A DNA stretch of 64,000 bases from Candidatus Hadarchaeota archaeon (GTDB lineage Archaea; Hadarchaeota; Hadarchaeia; Hadarchaeales; JAGGTB01). Shown here one piece after another: positions 20,109 through 30,026 of the stretch. Positions within the stretch are counted from its first letter, which is position 1. The number at the start of each line of letters is the position of its first letter. The stretch lies in NCBI GenBank assembly GCA_964384105.1, contig CAYLJV010000002.1:160001-224000 (forward strand), written 5' to 3'. Below the pieces are notes generated by a model. It searched no databases and had not been told where the DNA came from. It saw only the letters and a program-made list of their open reading frames with translations. Both the position numbers and the translations under genes were made by a program.

Positions 20109-20525
20109 GTGTCTCATATTACCTTTAGTGAAGACCTAATTGGAATCCTCATAGTGGCAGGGATAATCATTTCTTTTGTTGTGGTCTTAGGAAATTCTTA
20201 TTCAAACTATCAGGAACAAAAATCTCGAGAAGAAAAAAACCAACTACTTCTAAGATTTTTTGATTTTCTCCGATCCAAAATGGAAAATAATTCTACCGGT
20301 GGGATAAGTTTTGGAAAAATAAAAAAGGAGACAATTAGCGAAAATATCTATGATATACTTCCTGAAAAAATCGATCTTAAAAATATTCGGATAGATTCGG
20401 AAAATAGAACTTTATTCAAGCTGAAAAAAGAAAATGAAAAATTCGATCAATCAGTAATTCTCCCGATTATATACGAGAACAAGAGCGGCAAAACCCCCGC
20501 AAAATTGAAACTATACGTAGGCTGA
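20109..20525 (+). CDS. pilin-like membrane-anchored protein
   Basis: single N-terminal TM (EDLIGILIVAGIIISFVVV), ends PAKLKLYVG; abuts upstream stop. Confidence 0.6.
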   Translation: MSHITFSEDLIGILIVAGIIISFVVVLGNSYSNYQEQKSREEKNQLLLRFFDFLRSKMENNSTGGISFGKIKKETISENIYDILPEKIDLKNIRIDSENRTLFKLKKENEKFDQSVILPIIYENKSGKTPAKLKLYVG

Positions 20526-20531
20526 TTATAC

Positions 20532-21248
20532 TTGAAAAACCGCGGAATTGGAACTACCATCGATTTCATTATTCTTAGCTTGATTATATGCTTATCTTGT
20601 CTTATTCTAGTAGGAAGTTACTCTCTTCAAAAAAAGAAGACAACAAGATATCCTGAAATAGTATCTCAAAATACCCTTTTAGCTCTCCATCACGTAAAAG
20701 TAGAAGACATACACAAATTTTCTTATTCTCCAGACCTTCCGGTAAAAATTAACAAAAAATGTGTAATCCGGAAGAAAACCTTAACCCAACTCATCCTAGA
20801 TGATATAATTCTAAATGCTAAATTAAAAGTAGAAAATGAAACATTTGAATCAGAATTAAACCAGGAGTATGACTCGAGAGTGGAAGATCTACTCAGTGAT
20901 TTCTTAAAAGAATTTACTGGTGAAAGATTTGGATTCAAACTAAATATAAAACTGAAACAAGCAAACATAACAGATGAAATAAAAATTGAATTTGATAAGA
21001 CCATACAAAATCTGAGTCGAGAATCAGAAAAACTCTGCGGCGAAACCATATCAATAAAACCAACATTCACCAGATACTTTTTGGAGAAAATATCAAAAAC
21101 TGCACTCGATAAAGATAACCTTGCTAGAGAATTTTCATTCAGTAACTTCTCAAAATCCACTAATGAGAAATTAACATCTTCTAATCTAAATTCGAATAGA
21201 ACTCAATTAGGTACTCTGATTATTACTTTGGAGCTCTGGTCTAATTGA
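20532..21248 (+). CDS. pilin-like protein with class III signal peptide
   Basis: KNRG|IGTTIDFIILSLII; ends ITLELWS. Confidence 0.65.
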   Translation: MKNRGIGTTIDFIILSLIICLSCLILVGSYSLQKKKTTRYPEIVSQNTLLALHHVKVEDIHKFSYSPDLPVKINKKCVIRKKTLTQLILDDIILNAKLKVENETFESELNQEYDSRVEDLLSDFLKEFTGERFGFKLNIKLKQANITDEIKIEFDKTIQNLSRESEKLCGETISIKPTFTRYFLEKISKTALDKDNLAREFSFSNFSKSTNEKLTSSNLNSNRTQLGTLIITLELWSN

Positions 21249-23470
21249 AAGAGAACGGCTTCATTCCACTTACAACAATTGGTTTAATCATATTGATAAT
21301 ATCGGGGACTTTCATAGGATATCTACGCTGGAACGATCATAGACAAGAAATGGATTATATTCACAACTCTAATGAATCCTCTTTAATGTGCAAAATCTCA
21401 AACAAGAAACAAAATTTGAAGCAAAACTTCAACCAAATTCTCTACGATGCTCTTTGGAAAGTAGGAAAACAGGCCTACGCCTATGAAAACGGCGGCATAG
21501 AAAACTCTGTCGAAAAAATCGCAAACCTCAAGTTAAAAAAAAGATTATCAACTCTAATCCTCAACGAGAGCAAAGGAAAAATAGGACCCAAAATATCGCT
21601 AAAGAGTAACCAAGGAAAGTTAAAGATAGAGGAAAGTGAACATGGTTATTCCTCAGGTGAGGTTTTATTGCCTTTGGGTTCTTCAATTTCAGGAAAACTC
21701 ATAGATAATTCTTTCTCAGTTTCTTTGCCTATTGAAAAGATAAAATTTTCAAACGACACAAGATTCTACCTTCTCAAAGACAAAATGGGCCAATTCAAAG
21801 ACGAATTTGGAGAAGTCGGAAAAATGTGGAAATACGCCGAATATGCAATAGCCTATTCGGAGATATGGTTAAATAACAAACTTTCTCTTAATAAAGAGAA
21901 GTCAAAAACTCTTTTTCAACTAGCTCTCGCCTCCAAAGAATTAGAGAAATTTGGATCGTTTGATTACTACGCCTCTATTAGAGATTTAGTTAGTGTTCCG
22001 ATAGCAAAGATAATTAGAGATATTGAACCTCAGACTGTGATCAAACCAATAAGGAAAAAGGAAATCCAGGACATAAAAAATGAAATTGAGAAATCTATAT
22101 CAAAAACAAGGAAAACCGAAGAAGCAATAAGAAAATCTGCTTCAGAATTTGAAAAAATATCAATATCCAAACTAGAGGAAAAAATCGAAAGAAGTAGAAA
22201 GAGAATGCTAAACCTTAGAAAAGACTTTGATAAAATAAGTGCAGAAAAAGCAAAAGTAGAATTCGAAGATATCTATAGGGATCTGAAGAACAATTTCGAT
22301 TATCCAAATAACAGAATAAAAAACGCAGATGTGAAAATCGGAGAAGCCAAAAGTGCACTCAAAAGAACAGAAGTATTTTTTCATTCGGCTCTAGAAAAAG
22401 CTAAAGAACTATCCAAAGATAATCCGCTCCTCAAACAACTCTATAGGGATCTCACAAAGGAGAAAAACATCCCTTCTGTACTAACTCAAATAGAATATGG
22501 AATAAAAAACACCTTAGAAAATATAAATGAAATCAGGGGTAAAATCAGGAAATTAGAAAGAAATTTCCAAGGAAATGAACAATTTTTAAACAATTCTTTC
22601 GAAGAGCTTGAATCACTTTTTGATAAGGCTCTTAATGAAAATAACAACTTATCCGCAGAGAAATTACTACTCATATTCTCAATCAAAATAAGGGAGTTAT
22701 CTGAGAAGTTTATAAAAGATAAGAAAGATTCCTTTAAATCAGCAGAGAGAACTACGAATGAACTAAAGAACTTCGTAAAAAAACAAACAAAAGAACCTGA
22801 CCCGAACTGGAAAAAGGAATACAGAGACTATTCTGAAATTAAAGATGGTAACTACGAAACAAAAATAGCAAAAAAATACGTGATACATGAAGGAAAAGGT
22901 ACTCTCGGTGGAGTAAAAGAGATACTCGTTAATCTGAAATCCCATTTAGAGAAACTAGAAAATCTTGAGAAGAAATTTAAAGAAAAAAGAAAGGATTTTG
23001 AAAAGTTAAATTTGGATAAAAGAATCAAAACGGTAATAAAGAAAAACCTAAATCACCATATCCCTCAAGAACTTACTCGCGAAGAATTATACAGAATATC
23101 TCCACCAAAACCGGTCAAAGCCGAACCAGGAATATCTGTATATCACGATATTAACATTAAAAGTATAGAATACAGTAGAGAAGACCCAGTAGGATTAATC
23201 AAGGAATCCTCACCACCTACTCCTATCTATCTCTGGTTCATTAACACTACTCTTTACTGGGCTCAGTTCAAATTGGAGCTCGAACTAGAAGGATCCCCAA
23301 TAGAAGAGATCTTTGACTACAAAAATCAAGTAATACCTAGACCACTTACTGAAAATTCAAGGAATTTCATCCACAAGCCCTTACCCTACAAGCAAAAAAT
23401 CGAGAAAAAGAAATTCGAATTTAGGCTTATAGCTCTTAGCCTCAGACCCTTCCATATATCTTGTAATTAA
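21245..23470 (+). CDS. large pilin/adhesin-like protein with long central coiled coil
   Basis: KENG|FIPLTTIGLIILII; K/E-rich helical region about aa 270-600; beta-rich C-terminus (PTPIYLWFINTTLYWAQF). Confidence 0.65.
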   Translation: MKENGFIPLTTIGLIILIISGTFIGYLRWNDHRQEMDYIHNSNESSLMCKISNKKQNLKQNFNQILYDALWKVGKQAYAYENGGIENSVEKIANLKLKKRLSTLILNESKGKIGPKISLKSNQGKLKIEESEHGYSSGEVLLPLGSSISGKLIDNSFSVSLPIEKIKFSNDTRFYLLKDKMGQFKDEFGEVGKMWKYAEYAIAYSEIWLNNKLSLNKEKSKTLFQLALASKELEKFGSFDYYASIRDLVSVPIAKIIRDIEPQTVIKPIRKKEIQDIKNEIEKSISKTRKTEEAIRKSASEFEKISISKLEEKIERSRKRMLNLRKDFDKISAEKAKVEFEDIYRDLKNNFDYPNNRIKNADVKIGEAKSALKRTEVFFHSALEKAKELSKDNPLLKQLYRDLTKEKNIPSVLTQIEYGIKNTLENINEIRGKIRKLERNFQGNEQFLNNSFEELESLFDKALNENNNLSAEKLLLIFSIKIRELSEKFIKDKKDSFKSAERTTNELKNFVKKQTKEPDPNWKKEYRDYSEIKDGNYETKIAKKYVIHEGKGTLGGVKEILVNLKSHLEKLENLEKKFKEKRKDFEKLNLDKRIKTVIKKNLNHHIPQELTREELYRISPPKPVKAEPGISVYHDINIKSIEYSREDPVGLIKESSPPTPIYLWFINTTLYWAQFKLELELEGSPIEEIFDYKNQVIPRPLTENSRNFIHKPLPYKQKIEKKKFEFRLIALSLRPFHISCN

Positions 23471-23474
23471 AACC

Positions 23475-23915
23475 CTATTCCTTATCCTCTGACTTAATTC
23501 TCTGCAGTTCATTCCAAGCAGATTTGATATGCTCAGACAGAGCAACAAGGGAATTACCCGTGGGGAGATAAATCCTATTAGACTCCCAGTTTCCGGAGTC
23601 GTCTCTCCTACTCTCTTCTAGAGTTACACTAGGTGAGTCAAACTTCCCACCCTTAGGCCATATAGAAATTGCTATGTTCCGATCTTCCGAAATCCATATT
23701 TTTCTTTTCCACTCTGGTCCTTTTTTACTTTCAATCTCTTCTAATTCTTCTACAGAACTCTCTTCCGCCCCAATTTCCGGTGCTTCTTCTCCGACTTTTT
23801 CTCCATAGTCCTTACTTAAGACACTTTTAGCGACAGGACCAGGAAGGTCTATTACATCTCCTTCTTGGTACTCTTTCCCCTCATATCGGAAATTCTTGAC
23901 TACTTTAATCTTAAT
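23475..23915 (-). CDS. 146-aa protein with PC4-like ssDNA-binding C-terminal domain; ATT start (not in ORF track)
   Basis: Stop-free frame from ATT 23915 to TAG 23475, preceded by GAGGTGG; translation IKIKVVKNFRYEGKEYQEGDVIDLP...IAISIWPKGGKFDSPSVTLEESRRDDSGNWESNRIYLP. Confidence 0.7.
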   Translation of the reverse strand: MKIKVVKNFRYEGKEYQEGDVIDLPGPVAKSVLSKDYGEKVGEEAPEIGAEESSVEELEEIESKKGPEWKRKIWISEDRNIAISIWPKGGKFDSPSVTLEESRRDDSGNWESNRIYLPTGNSLVALSEHIKSAWNELQRIKSEDKE

Positions 23916-23969
23916 TCATACCACCTCTAGTAAACTTTTCACTTTTAATGAGTATAAGTTTTGATTCAG

Positions 23970-24326
23970 TCACGAACTTTTCTGGATATTTCTGATTTCC
24001 ATTAGAAGACTTCCCAATCTTTCCAAATCCTCCTTCGCAGATTCTACTTTACTATCCAAAATTCTAAATTTCGAATCAAGTTCAATCTTCAAATTCTTTA
24101 ATTTCAGTTCAAAAATTTCTTCAACTTCCCTTGACAGTCTAGACTTTCTAGATGCAAAATTCATACCTTCGAGCTCCTCCTCAATCCGATCAAAAAGAAT
24201 TTGCAAATCATCAGATTTTACACCTGCACCTGAAAGGGTATCATAAATCTCTTCATAGGAAAACCCCTCCCTCTTCATAGACTTTATAACATCCGTAACA
24301 GTCAATCCATTATCAGAATTTATCAT
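23970..24326 (-). CDS. hypothetical protein, small helical N-domain + coiled coil
   Basis: IKSMKREGFSYEEIYDTL; heptad-rich C-terminus. Confidence 0.7.
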   Translation of the reverse strand: MINSDNGLTVTDVIKSMKREGFSYEEIYDTLSGAGVKSDDLQILFDRIEEELEGMNFASRKSRLSREVEEIFELKLKNLKIELDSKFRILDSKVESAKEDLERLGSLLMEIRNIQKSS

Positions 24327-24429
24327 AGTCCACTAAAAATAAGTTGAATCGAATTTATTAGCAAAAAAATTTTGTTACACCCATAACAAAAAATGTAAAA
24401 AATTACCACTTCCATTTATCATGACAGGA

Positions 24430-25359
24430 CTACATCAGAACAATTGAAACCACGAAAACAGCATATATAACCAATAAAATAACGGCTTCTTTCTTAGTTA
24501 TCGACCAACCTCGTCTCAGCAATGCCAACAGTACAATGACCGATAAAAATAAAGCTACTATAGACGAATCGACCACAATGCCCACTTCAGTACTTCCTCT
24601 GAAAGAAAAAGGAATCCCAATGGCGGCTAAAATATCGAATATATTGCTACCAAGGGCGTTTGAAACTGCTAACGAACCCATACCTTTCCTAGCCGCTTGA
24701 AGAGATGTAAAAAAGTCTGGCACGGAAGTTCCCGCAGCTATAACTATCAGACTTATCGCCGCCTCGGATATACCCATCCTAGCGGAAAACTCGGCAGTTG
24801 AAGTAACAAGATATCTAGCCGCAATTGCTATCGCCAAAATGGAGACTGATATGTAGAGAACTGCTTTAGGAAAAGACATTTGGGAAAAAGACTCTTTAGG
24901 CACCAGTTTTCCTTTCTTTGCATCGTGAAATAACCAGAACATGTAGAAAATAAATGTTAGGACCCAAAAAATAGCCTCGTATCTAGAAAGAACACCATCA
25001 TAAACGCTAACGAATGCAACAAATACTGTAAAAAGATAAAAAAGTCCATCTCTGTAAAAGACTCTCTTTTCGATAACATACTTACCGAAAAGTCCTACAC
25101 CACCGATAATCACAGTGACATTGAATATAGCAGAACCCACAATAGTTCCCAACCCAATAGTAGGATATCCTTCTACAACAGAAAAGACAGAGGACCCAAA
25201 TTCCGGCGCACTGCTACCCATTGCGGCGATTGAAGCTCCTAAAACCGCTTCCGAGATGCCAAATTTTTGAGAGATTGCACCTAAACCTTCTACCAGATAA
25301 TTAGAAGCCCTTTCAAAGACAATAAAACATATCAGGATCACTAACAGGGGAAACCACAT
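24430..25359 (-). CDS. Ca2+/Na+ antiporter (CaCA, YrbG-like)
   Basis: alpha repeats GSSAPE/GSAIFN and GTSVPD/GSNIFD. Confidence 0.93.
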   Translation of the reverse strand: MWFPLLVILICFIVFERASNYLVEGLGAISQKFGISEAVLGASIAAMGSSAPEFGSSVFSVVEGYPTIGLGTIVGSAIFNVTVIIGGVGLFGKYVIEKRVFYRDGLFYLFTVFVAFVSVYDGVLSRYEAIFWVLTFIFYMFWLFHDAKKGKLVPKESFSQMSFPKAVLYISVSILAIAIAARYLVTSTAEFSARMGISEAAISLIVIAAGTSVPDFFTSLQAARKGMGSLAVSNALGSNIFDILAAIGIPFSFRGSTEVGIVVDSSIVALFLSVIVLLALLRRGWSITKKEAVILLVIYAVFVVSIVLM

Positions 25360-25431
25360 TTCAACTCCCTAAATACATAACACTTGGGGCTTTAATACAA
25401 GCTTTTGTAAATCTGAAAAAGGAAAGCTAAC

Positions 25432-25983
25432 ATGGATAGATACATAATAAGAGGATTTGTAGATGGCCTTCTTTCTACTCTAGGAGTAGTGATAGGGGCT
25501 AGCACAGCTCTAGGTACAGGAAGTGAACTGGAGGCGAGTAGAATAATAATCGCCGCAGGTATAGGTGGGGGCGTTGCAAACGGTATATCTAATATATTAG
25601 GTGCTTTTATGGGGGAGAAAGTAGCAGCGCACAAAAGATTTGAAAAAATAGAAAAAGCTATGCTAAAAAAAGAAGCTTTACGAGGAACTAAAGTCGACGA
25701 AAAAACCAAAAATAGAGTAATATCAAGTGGGATCGCGGATGGACTAGCAACGATAGGAGGGTCTATAATACCCGTTTTACCATTTATACTCATTCCTGTT
25801 TTACTCTTTTCAGCATTTACGGCCCTTTATATAGCAATAAGCGCTTCAATTTTGATATTCTTTGTTTTAGGAATCTACATAGGCAAAATATCAAAGGAAA
25901 ACATTATACTCTCCGGAGCAAAAATGGCCGCTTTTGGAGGGGTCACAGCACTAATAGCCCATCTAATAAGGTCGGTCCTTTAA
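25432..25983 (+). CDS. VIT1/CCC1-family membrane protein (TIGR00267-like)
   Basis: RYIIRGFVDGLLSTLG, GAFMGE, IIPVLPF. Confidence 0.88.
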   Translation: MDRYIIRGFVDGLLSTLGVVIGASTALGTGSELEASRIIIAAGIGGGVANGISNILGAFMGEKVAAHKRFEKIEKAMLKKEALRGTKVDEKTKNRVISSGIADGLATIGGSIIPVLPFILIPVLLFSAFTALYIAISASILIFFVLGIYIGKISKENIILSGAKMAAFGGVTALIAHLIRSVL

Positions 25984-26237
25984 CGATCTACTTCCCACAA
26001 AGTACCTTTCTCTGGAATCTCGATTTTGAGCACCCTATGGTAAGGTATTCTGACTGTTCCCTCATCCCGTTCAACTTCTATAAAACCGCTGCCCAAATCT
26101 CTAATATCGCTTCCAATAATCGTAAGTCTATTTCTAGGTGCTCCCCGATGAATAATTACAATTCTGGCTTTCTTTAACTCAAAATCTGGATGCCACTTTA
26201 ACTTATTAAGAAAATCTCTAGCCCCAACTTCAGTCAT
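25980..26237 (-). CDS. DUF504 / MJ1316-like RNA-end-recognition domain protein
   Basis: LNKLKWHP, IIHRGAP, IPYHRV. Confidence 0.88.
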   Translation of the reverse strand: MTEVGARDFLNKLKWHPDFELKKARIVIIHRGAPRNRLTIIGSDIRDLGSGFIEVERDEGTVRIPYHRVLKIEIPEKGTLWEVDR

Positions 26238-26878
26238 ACACCAAGAATCCTCATAGCCATCCTAATATACTCACCTGCATTTTTCTTTGCAATAGGACCG
26301 TGGCCCGGATAAAGCTTCTCAATATCTAAATTTTCTAATCTCTTCAAAGTCTCTCTCATTTCACTAGTATCCGAAGAAGGAAGATCCGTACGTCCAACTC
26401 CACCCTTGAAAACGACATCACCGGAAAAGAGAAGCTTTTCTTTCTTTTCATAAAGAGAAATACTTCCTTTTGTATGACCTGGGGTTGATAGAATAATTAA
26501 TTTTCTTTCTCCCAAATCTATTTCGTCCCCTTCCCCCAAGGTTCGGGAAACACTCATTGGCTCCAACTCTGAACCGAACATAGAAGAGAGAGTAAGTTCT
26601 CTATCGGCGGTTCTAAGGGCCTCAGCCGCGGGAGCAGAGGCCAATAAATCGCATCCAGAATTTTCTATAAATTCCCTATTTCCGCCAGTATGATCATAAT
26701 GACAGTGCGTGTTGACAAGTAAATCGAGTTCTGCCGGTTCAAATCCAAACTTTCTTAACTTTCTAAAGACCGATCCAGAGTTTGAACCTGTGCCTGAATC
26801 AATCAGCATGTTAATATCAGATTGAATAAGAAAAATATTAGAATCATAACCCCTACCTTCAATCCAATTAATTTTCAA
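26234..26878 (-). CDS. MBL-fold metallohydrolase
   Basis: NTHCHYDHTGG, TPGHT, FSGD, PGHG. Confidence 0.92.
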   Translation of the reverse strand: MKINWIEGRGYDSNIFLIQSDINMLIDSGTGSNSGSVFRKLRKFGFEPAELDLLVNTHCHYDHTGGNREFIENSGCDLLASAPAAEALRTADRELTLSSMFGSELEPMSVSRTLGEGDEIDLGERKLIILSTPGHTKGSISLYEKKEKLLFSGDVVFKGGVGRTDLPSSDTSEMRETLKRLENLDIEKLYPGHGPIAKKNAGEYIRMAMRILGV

Positions 26879-26882
26879 AAAA

Positions 26883-27974
26883 TCACCATATCACGTTTTT
26901 TAATCCTTTTTCTTTAGCCATTTTAATAGCTTGGTTCCATTCTTCGCCTGAAATCCTTCTAGAAATCTCTGGATATCTCCATGCCTTTGCAACTGGCCTA
27001 TATTGGTCCATGAGGTTTATCCTAACTTTCGAACTCAAATTCTCCTTGATCCAATCAAGTATTTTCTTAGTACAGCAATCCAGATGACCCGGTAATACCA
27101 GATGTCTTATTATCAACTCGGCATCTTCAAAAGCGAGTCTATGATTTCTCGTCACTGCTTCCCAGTAGTTAGGAACCTTGGAGTATTTAATAGCACATTC
27201 ATTATTCCCATACTTAAAATCTGTCAAGTAGATATCCTGAGTACCCGAAAGTAACTTCATTCCTTCTTTAGAAAAGTACATATTAGAATTCCACACGCTA
27301 GGTATATTTGAATTGCATTTTTTCAAAGCCCGAAGGATATTATGCAAATTCGGAGTCGGATCACCACCCACCCAATTAACGTTACGAGCTCCACCTTTCG
27401 CCTTTTCTTCAATATAAGATAAAATCCTTTCCGGTGTAAACTCAACTCCTCGCTTGGGACTTTGAGATATATCCCAATTTTGGCAATATTGGCATTTGAA
27501 AGTACATCCACTGAAAAATATGGTATAAGAAGGGACCAGTTCTGGTTCTTCCCCACGATGAATAAAATCTGAAGCGATTTTAGAAGTTTTACCAACTCCA
27601 CAAAATCCTATTTCCCCCTTCTCAAAGCGGTCTATCCCACATAGGTGCTCACAAAAATGGCACGAGGATAAAATTCTATCTGCTAATTCTATTTTTAGAT
27701 CCAAAAGAGAGCTCTCAGTTTTTTCTATCTCTTCTAATCTAACATTCCCATTATCTATCTCTTTAACCAATTTCCTAAATCTTCCCATCGAAGAATCATG
27801 GACTTCCCAAAGCTCACTTTCTTTGGAACAGAAATCCTCATCAACAGGAACCTTCTTGCAGATTCTAAACTTAGCAGGGAGATTATCTTTGAGAACTGAA
27901 AAATATCTTTCAAGAGAATCCACAACTTTATCCTCCCCAAAGAATCCTGATAAGCCATTCAAAACATACACCAT
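26883..27974 (-). CDS. radical SAM protein, PflX family
   Basis: CHFCEHLCGIDR, HRGEEPEL, FSGCTFKCQYCQN, IIRHLVLPGH. Confidence 0.92.
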   Translation of the reverse strand: MVYVLNGLSGFFGEDKVVDSLERYFSVLKDNLPAKFRICKKVPVDEDFCSKESELWEVHDSSMGRFRKLVKEIDNGNVRLEEIEKTESSLLDLKIELADRILSSCHFCEHLCGIDRFEKGEIGFCGVGKTSKIASDFIHRGEEPELVPSYTIFFSGCTFKCQYCQNWDISQSPKRGVEFTPERILSYIEEKAKGGARNVNWVGGDPTPNLHNILRALKKCNSNIPSVWNSNMYFSKEGMKLLSGTQDIYLTDFKYGNNECAIKYSKVPNYWEAVTRNHRLAFEDAELIIRHLVLPGHLDCCTKKILDWIKENLSSKVRINLMDQYRPVAKAWRYPEISRRISGEEWNQAIKMAKEKGLKNVIW

Positions 27975-28095
27975 AGATTTGGTTTAACTTTGGAACTAAA
28001 AATTATTAATAGATCGATATGATTATTCTGACAAATAAATATGAAAGTTCAGAATTTCAGTAATTAATTTTAATAGTTGATTTCAAAACTTCCAT

Positions 28096-28986
28096 ATGGA
28101 TAAAATGATAGTAATCGGTGGTTCTGCATCCAAAAATCTTGCAAAAAATATATCAAAAGAATTAGAATGCGAATTCACCTCAATAGAAAAAGAGGTATTT
28201 CCAGACGGAGAGATATACGTCCGAATCCCAGAAGAAATAGAAGGAAAAGAAGTGATAATAACTCAGTCGACCTACAATCCACCCAATAGAAACTACATGG
28301 AACTCTTCCTTCTGCTAGATGCCGCTAAGGACTTAGGGGCCGAAAAGGTTTCTGCAGTTATACCCTACCTAGCTTATTCCCGCCAAAATGAACGTTTCGA
28401 ACCGGGCGAAGCCGTAAGCTTGAAAACGATCATAAAACTAATAGAAGCTTCCGGTGCAGATGAAGTCTATCTAATAGACCTACATTCACATAAGACCGAA
28501 AACACTCCTGACGAATTCACAGTAAAAGCTCATAATCTGACAGCAGCACCGCTTCTGGCCCGACAGATATATGAAAACTACGAACTCGAAAATCCAATTT
28601 TCATGGGACCGGACAGCGGCGCGGAAGCTTGGGCAAAAGAAGCTGGGAAGGCAACTAAATGCGACTGGGATTACATGATAAAGAAAAGAATGGGGCCAAA
28701 AGAAGTTAAGATCACGCCCAGAGAACTAAACGTAAACGGAAGAGACGTAATACTAGTAGATGACATAATTAGCACAGGGGGGACCATGGTAGAATCAATA
28801 CAAATTCTAAAAGAAAACGGTGCAAAAGACGTTTACGCTACCTGCACCCATCCCGTCCTTTCCGAAAATGCCCTAGAACGGATAAGAAAAGCTGGAGCAA
28901 AGGAAGTAATATCAACTGATACAATAGATAGTGAAGTTAGTAAAGTTTCAGTAGCTCCAGTGATAGCAGAAGCAATCAAACAGTGA
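28096..28986 (+). CDS. prs: ribose-phosphate pyrophosphokinase
   Basis: FPDGEIYVRI, PYLAYSRQ, DLHS, VDDIISTGGT. Confidence 0.96.
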   Translation: MDKMIVIGGSASKNLAKNISKELECEFTSIEKEVFPDGEIYVRIPEEIEGKEVIITQSTYNPPNRNYMELFLLLDAAKDLGAEKVSAVIPYLAYSRQNERFEPGEAVSLKTIIKLIEASGADEVYLIDLHSHKTENTPDEFTVKAHNLTAAPLLARQIYENYELENPIFMGPDSGAEAWAKEAGKATKCDWDYMIKKRMGPKEVKITPRELNVNGRDVILVDDIISTGGTMVESIQILKENGAKDVYATCTHPVLSENALERIRKAGAKEVISTDTIDSEVSKVSVAPVIAEAIKQ

Positions 28987-28991
28987 AATAA

Positions 28992-30026
28992 ATGCAAAGA
29001 TTAGCGTTCTTATTATCGGGAGAACATGATACCTTCCCCCCCTCAGAAGTAATTGCTTCAATAGAAGCCGAAGAATTCGACTATGAAATTTTAGAAGAAC
29101 TAGACCAACTTTTAATTATCAAAACCGATGCAGATGTTTCTACCCTAGCAAGAAGGCTCGGGATGTGTCACTGGATAGGAGAGCACTTCTGTACAGTAAA
29201 TAAAGAGAATCTCATAGAAGCAATTGGCAGCTCAGATTTAATCGACTTTCTCCCCCAGTCAAAAAGCATTGCTCTAAGAGTTAAAAAAATAAAAAAATAT
29301 TTTCCAGATACTGATGCACAAAAACTAACAGAAGAAATAGCAGACCGAATTCTCGAAGAATTTGACTACAAGATAGATTTAGAACATCCAAAAAATGAGA
29401 TCTTTATAGTTCTTACCAACGGAAAATGCGTTGTGAATATAGTAAAGGAGAGAATAAATCGCACTGCTTTTCTAAATAGAAAACCACCCAAAAGAGCAGC
29501 TGTGCATCCCACGACGATGCAACCAAACTTAGCTAGAGCATTGGTAAACTTAGCAAGAACACCCCAGGATGGAACATTCCTCGACCCATTCTGTGGAGTC
29601 GGAGGTATAATGATCGAAGCAGGAATGATAGGTGCAACACTCACAGGAGGCGATATAAACAAAAATCTAATAGAAGGAGCTAGAAAAAATCTTGAAGAAT
29701 TTGGAATTAAAAAATTCAATCTAATAAAAAGCGATTTTCGAAAATTAGAAATAAGTAAGAAGTTTGATGCAATAGCAACCGATCCACCCTACGGCCGGCA
29801 AGCTAGTACAGGCGGATCAGACCTTAAAGAACTTTACAAAGACATAATACCTCTTATGGTAAATGCTCTCAAAAGAAAGAGATATCTCTGTATAACCTCA
29901 CCCGCAGAAATAAATTTGGAAGAATTCGTCGAGAATCAACCATTAAAGCTCAAAGAAATACATAACCAGAGAGTACATAGAAGCCTAGCTCGTAAAATAT
30001 ATGTTTTCCAGAGGGAGAAGGAATGA
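28992..30026 (+). CDS. tRNA (guanine10-N2)-methyltransferase, THUMP domain (Trm11/TrmG10)
   Basis: LLSGEH, LARALVNLA, LDPFCGVGG, ATDPPYG, VHRSL. Confidence 0.9.
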   Translation: MQRLAFLLSGEHDTFPPSEVIASIEAEEFDYEILEELDQLLIIKTDADVSTLARRLGMCHWIGEHFCTVNKENLIEAIGSSDLIDFLPQSKSIALRVKKIKKYFPDTDAQKLTEEIADRILEEFDYKIDLEHPKNEIFIVLTNGKCVVNIVKERINRTAFLNRKPPKRAAVHPTTMQPNLARALVNLARTPQDGTFLDPFCGVGGIMIEAGMIGATLTGGDINKNLIEGARKNLEEFGIKKFNLIKSDFRKLEISKKFDAIATDPPYGRQASTGGSDLKELYKDIIPLMVNALKRKRYLCITSPAEINLEEFVENQPLKLKEIHNQRVHRSLARKIYVFQREKE

